Shown piece after piece: positions 56,904 through 64,000 of a DNA stretch of 64,000 bases. The DNA is from Eubacteriales bacterium (GTDB taxonomy: Bacteria; Bacillota; Clostridia; Oscillospirales; CAG-272), in assembly GCA_045658315.1 (NCBI GenBank), contig JAZOUV010000006.1, forward strand, positions 27,094-91,093. The letters are read 5' to 3'. Both the position numbers and the translations under genes were made by a program. The stretch's first letter is position 1. Each line of letters opens with the position of its first letter. The notes under the pieces were generated by a model. That model saw only the letters and a list, made by a program, of their open reading frames with translations, was not told where the DNA came from and did no database searches.

Positions 56904-58106
56904 ATGAATGTACTTGTTGTAAACGCAGGAAGTTCCTCTCTTAAGTATCAGCTTTTTGATACAAGCAAAAACGAAGTTCTCGCAAAGGGTATTTGCGAAA
57001 GAATCGGTATTGACGGTAAGATCGAACACAAGATCAACGGTCAAAAGTATACAGAAGAAACACCTATCCCCAACCACACGGTTGCCACCCAGCTCGTTGT
57101 TAAATACCTTACAGACGAAAAAATGGGTTGTGTTAAGAGCATGAGCGAAATTGAAGCTGTAGGCCACAGAATCGTTCACGGCGGTGAATATTTCTCCGAG
57201 TCTATGCTTCTTACAGACGAAACTCTTGAAAAGCTTGAGCTTTGCCGCGACCTCGCTCCCCTTCACACAGGTGCTCACATTATGGGTATCCAAGGTTGTC
57301 TCGAAGCTATGCCAAACGTTCCTCAGGTTCTCGTATTTGACACAGCTTTCCATCAGACAATGAGCAAGCAGGCTTATATGTACGGTCTTCCCTACGAAAT
57401 GTACGAAAAATATCACATTCGTCGTTACGGTGCTCACGGAACATCTCACAGATACGTTGCTGCTGAAGCTGCAAAGCTTCTTGACAAGCCTGTTGAAGAA
57501 ACAAAAATCATTACCTGCCATATTGGTAACGGCTCTTCTATTTCTGCCGTTAAGGGCGGTAAGTGTATAGATACAAGTATGGGCTTTACTCCCCTTGCAG
57601 GTATCCTTATGGGTACACGTTGCGGTGATATTGACCCTGCTATCGTAACTTATATTATGAAACACGAGGGCTTCACCCCCGATGAAATGAGCGACTTTAT
57701 GAACAAGAAGTGCGGATTCCTCGGTCTTTCGGGTGTTTCTTCCGACAGCCGTGATATCGAAGCCGCTATTCTTGAAGGCAACGAAAGAGCCGAACTCGCC
57801 GCTTCGACACTTGCATATCAGATAAAGAGATATATCGGTGCATATACAGCAGCTATGGACGGACTTGATGCGGTTATCTTCACAGCAGGTATGGGCGAAA
57901 ATAACCCCGAACTCCGTGAAAGAGTTTGTGCTGACCTCGAAAACTTCGGTATCAAGCTCGACCTTGAGCTTAACGCAAAAACATTGCGTCAGTCTGACAC
58001 CGTACTCCTTTCTACCCCCGACTCAAAAATCAAGGTTTACGTTATTCCCACGAATGAAGAGCTCGTTATCGCATCCGACACAGAAGCTATCGTTAAGGCT
58101 ATCTAA
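56904..58106 (+). CDS. ackA: acetate kinase
   Basis: VLVVNAGSSSLKYQLF, VGHRIVHGG and YGAHGTSH motifs. Confidence 0.97.
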   Translation: MNVLVVNAGSSSLKYQLFDTSKNEVLAKGICERIGIDGKIEHKINGQKYTEETPIPNHTVATQLVVKYLTDEKMGCVKSMSEIEAVGHRIVHGGEYFSESMLLTDETLEKLELCRDLAPLHTGAHIMGIQGCLEAMPNVPQVLVFDTAFHQTMSKQAYMYGLPYEMYEKYHIRRYGAHGTSHRYVAAEAAKLLDKPVEETKIITCHIGNGSSISAVKGGKCIDTSMGFTPLAGILMGTRCGDIDPAIVTYIMKHEGFTPDEMSDFMNKKCGFLGLSGVSSDSRDIEAAILEGNERAELAASTLAYQIKRYIGAYTAAMDGLDAVIFTAGMGENNPELRERVCADLENFGIKLDLELNAKTLRQSDTVLLSTPDSKIKVYVIPTNEELVIASDTEAIVKAI

Positions 58107-58124
58107 TCTAAAACTAATACTATT

Positions 58125-58159
58125 AAAGTTCCGCTTGTGTAACACAAGCGGAACTTTTT
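58125..58159 (+). terminator. rho-independent terminator of ackA
   Basis: GTTCCGCTTGTG/CACAAGCGGAAC stem followed by T5. Confidence 0.85.
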
Positions 58160-58236
58160 ACTGTCTATTTATTCTCTATCACTTGTTTGTAGAGTTAATT
58201 ACGGAATTTTTTGCAGCATATTCTATATTATACAAA

Positions 58237-58497
58237 TCACTTTACGCTCACCTGAAGTCTGATTGCTGTTCTGACTTCATCGTTTATCGTTACCTCGGAA
58301 AAGGACGGAACACAAATCAGCTCTATTCCCGAAGGAGCAAGAAAGCCTCTCGATATAGCAATAGCTTTTACCGCTTGGTTAACAGCTCCTGCACCTACCG
58401 CCTGCAATTCCGCTTCCTTCTGTTCTGTTATAACTCCCGCCAACGCACCCGCAACTAAATTGGGATTTGACTTTGACGATACCTTCAAAATCTCCAT
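58237..58497 (-). CDS. spoVS: stage V sporulation protein S
   Basis: MEILKVSSKSNPN...GAGAVNQAVKAIAI is the SpoVS signature. 86 aa from ATG 58497. Confidence 0.93.
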   Translation of the reverse strand: MEILKVSSKSNPNLVAGALAGVITEQKEAELQAVGAGAVNQAVKAIAISRGFLAPSGIELICVPSFSEVTINDEVRTAIRLQVSVK

Positions 58498-58640
58498 ATA
58501 AAGTAATCTCACTTTCGTTTCTTAAAATTCGTACGTATATATGTAAACCAAGTTATCTTCAGCTATAAAACGTAACTACTACATTATATGGCCTTACATT
58601 TATTTTTGCAATTTCTTTTACACTTTTCTCAAAAATATAG

Positions 58641-58672
58641 CAAACAACAAAAAGTGAGGTCAAAACCTCACT
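58641..58672 (-). terminator. rho-independent terminator overlapping the ymdB stop
   Basis: AGTGAGGT/ACCTCACT stem followed by a U-run on the minus strand. Confidence 0.65.
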
Positions 58673-59439
58673 CTTTTTATTTTTTTCGCCTTTATTTCTT
58701 CATTTCCCGATGTCTCAAAATCAAATATAACACCGTTATATTCAATATCTCCGTCAGCAAACTCAAAGCGAACAGGCATTTTCGTCCTCATCTTTTCAAT
58801 TATTATCTCGCTCTTAACACCCAGCACAGACTCTTTCGGGCCACACATGCCAACGTCGGTTATATACGCCGTTCCTTTAGGCAATATCTGCTCATCTGCC
58901 GTCTGCACATGGGTATGCGTACCGAATATTCCGTCTATTCTTCCGTCAAAATATCTTGCCAAAGCATATTTTTCACCCGTCGCCTCAGCGTGAATATCAA
59001 GAAGGCATATATCGTACTTCCCTTTTTGGCTTTCGAGACACTTTTCTACCGCCCTAAACGGACATTCGAGACTTTCCATATAAACCGTGCCCGAAACATT
59101 CATAACAAGAATCCTGTAACCGTTGCAGTCGGCTATCGTATAACCGTTACCTGCACACTCGCTAGGAAAATTCATCGGACGCACTATATTTTTGCTCGAA
59201 TCAAGAAAAGCCCGAAGCGAATTCTTTTGCCAAATGTGATTTCCGCCCGTTATAACGTCAACTCCATAATCAAGCAACGTTTGTGCCGCATCTGCCTCAA
59301 GTCCGTTTCCACGGCTTGCGTTTTCTCCGTTTGCAACCACAAAATCTATTTTTTCACTCTTCCTGTAACTCCAAAGCTTAGTCTTGAGTCCCTCTACTGT
59401 GCCGGGGCTGACTATGTCGCCCAATGCCAATATTTTCAT
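58660..59439 (-). CDS. ymdB: 2',3'-cyclic-nucleotide 2'-phosphodiesterase YmdB (TIGR00282 metallophosphoesterase)
   Basis: MKILALGDIV, VVANGENA, GNHIW and GTHTHVQTADE motifs. Conserved rny-ymdB-spoVS order. Confidence 0.9.
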   Translation of the reverse strand: MKILALGDIVSPGTVEGLKTKLWSYRKSEKIDFVVANGENASRGNGLEADAAQTLLDYGVDVITGGNHIWQKNSLRAFLDSSKNIVRPMNFPSECAGNGYTIADCNGYRILVMNVSGTVYMESLECPFRAVEKCLESQKGKYDICLLDIHAEATGEKYALARYFDGRIDGIFGTHTHVQTADEQILPKGTAYITDVGMCGPKESVLGVKSEIIIEKMRTKMPVRFEFADGDIEYNGVIFDFETSGNEEIKAKKIKRVRF

Positions 59440-59486
59440 AATATCTACCTTTCTATTATATGGATAATATAGCCCCATATACAACA

Positions 59487-59527
59487 ATATCACAATCCGT
59501 ATGCTATAATCATACGGACTGTGATAT
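59487..59527 (-). other. 17-bp imperfect hairpin between rny and ymdB
   Basis: ATATCACAATCCGTATG ... CATACGGACTGTGATAT. It lacks a clean U-tract. It could be a partial terminator or a processing site within the operon. Confidence 0.45.
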
Positions 59528-59631
59528 CTGAAAACGCATATAAATATATATTAAACGGATTTCCGTCTATTCATTTCGGATTAGTTCTATATAAATATAT
59601 GTGGAATTGTGCTGTGACACAATACTAAAAC

Positions 59632-61179
59632 TTATTTTGCATACTCAATAGCACGGTTTTCTCTGATTACGTGAATCTTAATCTGACCGGGATACTCAAG
59701 GTTATCCTCGATCTTCTTTACTACGTCTCTTGCAATAAGTACCATCTGCTCGTCATTCACTTCATTGGGCTTAACCATAATACGAACCTCACGACCTGCC
59801 TGAATTGCATAAGACTTTTCAACACCGTTAAAGCTGTTTGCTATCTCCTCAAGCTTCTGGAGTCGCTTAATGTAATTTTCAAGATCTTCGCGGCGTGCAC
59901 CCGGTCTTGCCGCAGATATTGCATCTGCTGCCTGAACTATCATTGCAATAATAGTACGTGGTTCTACGTCGTTATGGTGTGCTTCAATAGCATGAATAAC
60001 TTCTTTGTTTTCCTTGTACTTCTTAGCGAGGTCAACACCTAATTGTACGTGCGAGCCTTCAACCTCTTGTGTAAGTACCTTGCCGATATCGTGAAGCAAG
60101 CCTGCTCTCTTCGCAAGAGTGCTGTCTACACCGATCTCATCGGCTATCATACCCGAAAGATGGGCAACCTCTATGGAGTGGCGGAGTACATTCTGTCCGT
60201 AGCTTGTACGGTACTTAAGTCTGCCAAGCAACTTAACAAGCTCGTTGTTCAATCCGTGAACACCTGTCTCAAATATCGCCTTTTCTCCTGCCTGTTTAAT
60301 TGTGTTATCAACATCCTTGCGAGCCTTTTCCACCGTCTCCTCAATTCTTGCAGGATGTATTCTTCCGTCGGAAATGAGTTTTTCCAGCGTAATTCTCGCA
60401 ACTTCTCTTCTGATCGGGTCAAATCCCGAAAGTGTTATCGCCTCGGGTGTGTCGTCGATTATAAGATCAACTCCCGTAAGCGTCTCAATTGCACGAATGT
60501 TTCTGCCTTCTCGACCTATAATTCTTCCCTTCATATCGTCGTTGGGAAGAGGAACAACTGATACCGTAGTTTCCGATACGTGATCAGCCGCACAACGCTG
60601 AATAGCGAGCGATATAATATTTCTTGCCTTGTCGTCAGCCTCTTCTTTCAGCTGATTTTCAATCTCAACAATTTTCTGTGCCGCCTCGTGTTTAACCTCG
60701 TCTTCAATACGCTGTACAAGTTCTTTCTTTGCTTCCGCAGCACTTATTCCAGCCATCTGCTCAAGCTTCTCAAGCTGTTGTACACGCAATTCTTCAAGAT
60801 GTTCCTTTAATTCTTCGTTTTCCTTGATCTTGCGGTTTAACTGTTCGTCTTTTTTCTCCAAAGACTCCATCTTGCGTTCAAGAGTCTCTTCTTTTGATAC
60901 TGCTCGGCGTTCAAGTCTGGAAACTTCATTTCTTCTTTCCTTGATCTCACGCTCAAGCTCATTTCTGGAACGAAGTATCTCTTCTTTTGCTTCGATAAGA
61001 GCTTCTTTCTTTTTGGTTTCAGCCACCTTTTCTGCTTCATTTACAATATTCTTGGCTCTTTCTTCAGCCAAGCCTATCTTAGCTTCGGTTACTTTTTTGC
61101 GATATGCAATACCCAAAACCATTCCGACAGCAATACCGACTGCAAGGGCAACGATTGCAACTATGGCTTCAACAGTCAT
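59632..61179 (-). CDS. rny: ribonuclease Y
   Basis: N-terminal TM, a long coiled-coil, a KH domain ([12 protein letters not shown]) and an HD domain (LLHDIGK). Confidence 0.95.
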   Translation of the reverse strand: MTVEAIVAIVALAVGIAVGMVLGIAYRKKVTEAKIGLAEERAKNIVNEAEKVAETKKKEALIEAKEEILRSRNELEREIKERRNEVSRLERRAVSKEETLERKMESLEKKDEQLNRKIKENEELKEHLEELRVQQLEKLEQMAGISAAEAKKELVQRIEDEVKHEAAQKIVEIENQLKEEADDKARNIISLAIQRCAADHVSETTVSVVPLPNDDMKGRIIGREGRNIRAIETLTGVDLIIDDTPEAITLSGFDPIRREVARITLEKLISDGRIHPARIEETVEKARKDVDNTIKQAGEKAIFETGVHGLNNELVKLLGRLKYRTSYGQNVLRHSIEVAHLSGMIADEIGVDSTLAKRAGLLHDIGKVLTQEVEGSHVQLGVDLAKKYKENKEVIHAIEAHHNDVEPRTIIAMIVQAADAISAARPGARREDLENYIKRLQKLEEIANSFNGVEKSYAIQAGREVRIMVKPNEVNDEQMVLIARDVVKKIEDNLEYPGQIKIHVIRENRAIEYAK

Positions 61180-61205
61180 AGCAGTGCACCTCCTTAGTCA
61201 ATATT

Positions 61206-61304
61206 TTATTTTTTACAAGCAAACATAATTATAATACCAACAACGCCTAAAACTGCAGCGACAGCCGTGCATATAACAAATATACCTACTATACTTATTG
61301 CCAT
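61206..61304 (-). CDS. candidate small hydrophobic peptide (32 aa) co-transcribed with rny
   Basis: MAISIVGIFVICTAVAAVLGVVGIIIMFACKK. GAGG lies ~10 nt upstream of the ATG. The ORF sits between a consensus promoter (61369-61397) and the rny RBS. It falls below the ORF-track length cutoff. Confidence 0.35.
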   Translation of the reverse strand: MAISIVGIFVICTAVAAVLGVVGIIIMFACKK

Positions 61305-61368
61305 ATATCAAGACCTCGCTTGTTTCAGTCATTGTATATTAAACACAACATTTACCCATATTACATAT

Positions 61369-61397
61369 ATTTTATACTATAAGAAGCGATATGTCAA
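61369..61397 (-). promoter_or_regulatory. sigmaA-type promoter driving the small ORF and rny
   Basis: On the minus strand: TTGACA (61397-61392), 17-nt spacer, TAAAAT (61374-61369). Confidence 0.65.
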
Positions 61398-61539
61398 TAA
61401 AATTCTAAAGAAAAAATATATTTGTATATGCAATTCTGCCAAATATGTGAAAGTATACAATACGCAGGTTGTATGTGTCAAAATTTCCGAATAATTATTG
61501 AACATTTTTACCAAAAAGTATATTATGCACAAAAGATGC

Positions 61540-61568
61540 TTGACACAAAACGTTTTTATTGGTAAAAT
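61540..61568 (+). promoter_or_regulatory. sigmaA-type promoter
   Basis: TTGACA (61540-61545), 17-nt spacer, TAAAAT (61563-61568). Confidence 0.65.
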
Positions 61569-61633
61569 TATGGTAACACTATTAGGTTTTTTAATCTTTT
61601 ATTAATTTACACAGATGAACCCGAGGAGGCACT

Positions 61634-63094
61634 ATGAAAAAGACTTTTTCAAAAATTTTAGCGATAGGTTTAGCACTTATTATGCTCCTTTCCATGCTTG
61701 CTGCATGCGGCGAAAAAGACGACCGGAAGAATAAGGACGACGGAGAAATAAAGGGAACTGCCGAAAACCCCAACCTTCCCGCTAAAGATTACGAAGAATA
61801 TGAATTTACGTTTATTACAAACGAAGGTATGGCATATAATACCGGATATCTTATTTCGGAAGGCGATGAGGGCAATATTCTTGACTCTTCTATTGCAAGA
61901 AGAAACTCCATTCTTGAAGAAAAATACAACATTAAGATTTGTCAGCTTAATGTTCCGGAAATTATCTCTACGGTAAGAGCTCAGGTTATGGGTGGATTGT
62001 GCGAATTTGACGCTATACTTGCATCATGCAGTAATCTTGCAACAATGGCTCAGGAAAATCTGCTTATGAATTTGCTTGATATCGAGACATTTAATTGGGA
62101 CAAATCGTATTGGGACAGCAACTCAAAAGACCAGCTTATGATAGGCAACAAGCTGTTTTTTGTAAACTGTGCACTCAATATACACGATGTAGGATTCTGT
62201 GTATTTTTTAATAAAAAGTTAGTTGAAGATTTCCAACTTGCCGACCCATACGAGCTTATAAAAAACGACCAGTGGACCATTGATAACTGGGCAAAGATGG
62301 TTACATCCGTTTCCGTAGACGTAAACCAAGACGGACATATGACCGAGTTTGACAAATACGGAACTCTTATGGAGCACCACAATCCAAGAATGTTCTTTTA
62401 TGCATCGGGTCTCAGAGCAACAACAAACGATGAGACGGGATATCCTCAGGTAACGATTATGCAAAACGGCGATAAAACTGTAAATCTTTACGAAAAATTG
62501 AAGCAAGTATTTACAGATACTTCTCATTCGTACTGTATGACATGCTCAAATGTAAATTTTGACAGCTCTCAGTATTCTCACAAATGGTCATATCTCCGTT
62601 ACCTGTTTACTCAAGACCTATATTTGTTCCACTATTCCAGTGTGGGCTCCATTGCGGAATTTGCCGAAATGGAGAGTGAATTCGGTGTTATTCCTTTTCC
62701 GAAATATGATGAACACCAAGACGGATATAAAACATTATATCCTGCAAACAACAACCTCTTAGCACTTCCTAACATACAGAAAGATTTGGAACGTACGGCA
62801 GTTATAATTGAAGATATGAACTATATTTCCAGCTTTACTGTTGTTCCGACATGGTTTGAGACACTTCTCACGAGAAGATACGCAAGAGATGACGAATCCG
62901 AATCATCATTGTATTTGCTCCGTGATAACTGCGTATATGACGTTGGTCTATATTACAACTTCGGTAACCTCAGCTCCGGAGTCCTCGGCGTTGACCCTCA
63001 GCAGTCCAATATATCCAGAGACTACGCAAGACTTGAAAGGAGCATAAAAGCCTCTATCAAGTCAGTGTATGCGGAGTTTGAGGAGTTCAAATAA
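61634..63094 (+). CDS. lipoprotein, extracellular solute-binding-protein-like (orphan)
   Basis: Signal peptide plus lipobox (LSMLAA-C) and a ~460-aa mature domain. No transporter genes are adjacent. Confidence 0.6.
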   Translation: MKKTFSKILAIGLALIMLLSMLAACGEKDDRKNKDDGEIKGTAENPNLPAKDYEEYEFTFITNEGMAYNTGYLISEGDEGNILDSSIARRNSILEEKYNIKICQLNVPEIISTVRAQVMGGLCEFDAILASCSNLATMAQENLLMNLLDIETFNWDKSYWDSNSKDQLMIGNKLFFVNCALNIHDVGFCVFFNKKLVEDFQLADPYELIKNDQWTIDNWAKMVTSVSVDVNQDGHMTEFDKYGTLMEHHNPRMFFYASGLRATTNDETGYPQVTIMQNGDKTVNLYEKLKQVFTDTSHSYCMTCSNVNFDSSQYSHKWSYLRYLFTQDLYLFHYSSVGSIAEFAEMESEFGVIPFPKYDEHQDGYKTLYPANNNLLALPNIQKDLERTAVIIEDMNYISSFTVVPTWFETLLTRRYARDDESESSLYLLRDNCVYDVGLYYNFGNLSSGVLGVDPQQSNISRDYARLERSIKASIKSVYAEFEEFK

Positions 63095-63110
63095 TATTAC
63101 ACGATAGTAA

Positions 63111-63148
63111 AACAAGCCTTTTCCTCCTGGAAAAGGCTTGTTTCTCTT
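63111..63148 (+). terminator. rho-independent terminator
   Basis: AACAAGCCTTTT/AAAAGGCTTGTT stem followed by TCTCTT. Confidence 0.7.
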
Positions 63149-63466
63149 AAAAGGTGTCATAAGGTTGTAGTTATTAAGACGGAAAGTGCAGTTGATGCTA
63201 ATACCCCCCTTTTTCCTCCTCTCAAAGAAGGCGACATCATTATCAACGGCAGTATCGCTCTTATATGGCGTGGTAGTTGTATCATCACAAGCGTATTCCT
63301 CAGCAAGAGTTAAAAAATAAATATAAGAATAAGCATATCATTTTAAAATAATTCATCTTTAAAAGAAAATAGCATGAGTGCATTTTTATGTTTTTTCTTT
63401 ACTTTTATGTTTGCGTGTGTTATACTGTAGGGTAGAAAAAGACTTTTCAAAAGGGGATTAAACGAA

Positions 63467-63790
63467 ATGTCAAACAATTTATGCGAATCGAAAGAAATAT
63501 GTTTTATTTGCGAAAAAATAAAACAGCTTTTTGACGTAGAATTGATTACCGTATTCGGTGTAAAACGCAAGGAAAGCGATAATTCGGTTACTGACCTCGA
63601 TATTTGCGTCGTGGCAAACACCGACGATAAAAATAGTTGGATTAAAAAAGCGTATCTTGAAATAGACAGCGAAATTCCTTTTGACCTTTTCCTCTATACT
63701 CCGCAAGAATGGAAGTCGCTAAACCAACAAAGCGAAAGCTTTGCTTCCCGTATATCTCGAAAGGGGTGCGTTTATTTTGGCAAGGCGTAA
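63467..63790 (+). CDS. minimal nucleotidyltransferase (MNT)-domain protein, antitoxin-like
   Basis: FGVKRKESDNSVTDLDICVV matches the Pol-beta-type NTase G[SG]...D[LI]D pattern. 107 aa; overlaps the downstream HEPN ORF. Confidence 0.75.
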   Translation: MSNNLCESKEICFICEKIKQLFDVELITVFGVKRKESDNSVTDLDICVVANTDDKNSWIKKAYLEIDSEIPFDLFLYTPQEWKSLNQQSESFASRISRKGCVYFGKA

Positions 63791-64000
63791 ATCCCGAGAC
63801 AGCAAGATTTATACAAATTGGATGATATATGCCGAAAATGACCTGCGTGCCGCCACATCTCTCAGAAGAAACAAGCACACATTGCTTTTATCGGCGTTTC
63901 ATTCCCATCAGGCAATCGAAAAAACGTTAAAGGCTTTCGTGTTAGCACAAAAGGGCTACGCCCCCGACGGTCATAATATCATATTTTTATGCAAAACTGT
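63777..64000 (+). CDS. HEPN-domain protein, toxin-like (truncated by the window end)
   Basis: W..YAENDLRAA...SAFHSHQAIEKTLKAFV matches the N-terminal helices of HEPN. A candidate TTG start at 63777 overlaps the MNT stop by 14 nt, and an alternative ATG lies at 63822. Confidence 0.65.
   Translation, partial: MARRKSRDSKIYTNWMIYAENDLRAATSLRRNKHTLLLSAFHSHQAIEKTLKAFVLAQKGYAPDGHNIIFLCKT

Noticed and set aside
56877-57665. 262-aa minus-strand ORF
   Set aside because: Antisense shadow of ackA.
58588-59472. 294-aa + strand ORF
   Set aside because: Antisense shadow of ymdB, with low-complexity, Arg/Phe/Ile-rich junk translation.
59487-59527. GTGATAT/ATATCAC arms of the rny-ymdB hairpin resembling the octamers of the 11.3-kb array
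   Set aside because: The shared core is only a 7-mer, which is expected several times by chance in 64 kb of AT-rich DNA. The flanks differ.
63149-63466. Gene-free 320-bp gap before the MNT gene, with a 39-codon + strand ORF and an open minus-strand frame without a start
   Set aside because: There are no convincing start or RBS signals and no recognisable motifs. It may be a decayed gene fragment, but I cannot support a pseudogene call.

Overview
This 64 kb window looks like core chromosome from a low-GC, spore-forming Firmicute (Clostridia-like; spoVS, ymdB and rny are present). I see about 60 protein genes, and from about 7.5 to 47 kb they are almost all on the + strand.

Recognisable content by function:
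- Translation: T-box-controlled pheS-pheT, rpmE, rplS, rplI.
- Replication and transcription: dgt-like gene, dnaG, sigA, and gdpP-rplI-dnaB.
- Proteostasis: tig-clpP-clpX and ftsH.
- tRNA/rRNA modification: tilS, an mnmM-like gene, rlmH, mnmG, rsmG, tmcAL.
- Chromosome partition: a Noc-like ParB paralog, soj and spo0J, with two parS sites.
- RNA decay and sporulation: rny-ymdB-spoVS.
- Metabolism: ackA, fba, thrC, hpt, an acyl-ACP thioesterase.

I saw no rRNA, tRNA, CRISPR array, transposase, integrase or prophage genes. The only clearly accessory-looking content is a nucleotidyltransferase/HEPN toxin-antitoxin-like pair cut by the 3' edge, a roughly 1050-aa anchored surface protein, a MORN-repeat membrane protein and two orphan lipoproteins.

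I did not find a convincing new multi-gene system. The best leads are small-scale:
1. A terminator-bounded 300-bp orphan region (11.27-11.56 kb) with an iteron-like array of AGTGATAT/ATATCACT octamers, each separated by a different mini-hairpin.
2. An M19 dipeptidase whose conserved N-terminus lies upstream of any canonical start codon, next to a T6 run.
3. An unannotated 32-codon hydrophobic ORF between a consensus promoter and rny.
4. Tandem-repeat, low-complexity extensions on signal peptidase I and trigger factor.

All family assignments come from reading motifs in the translations. No database search was possible.
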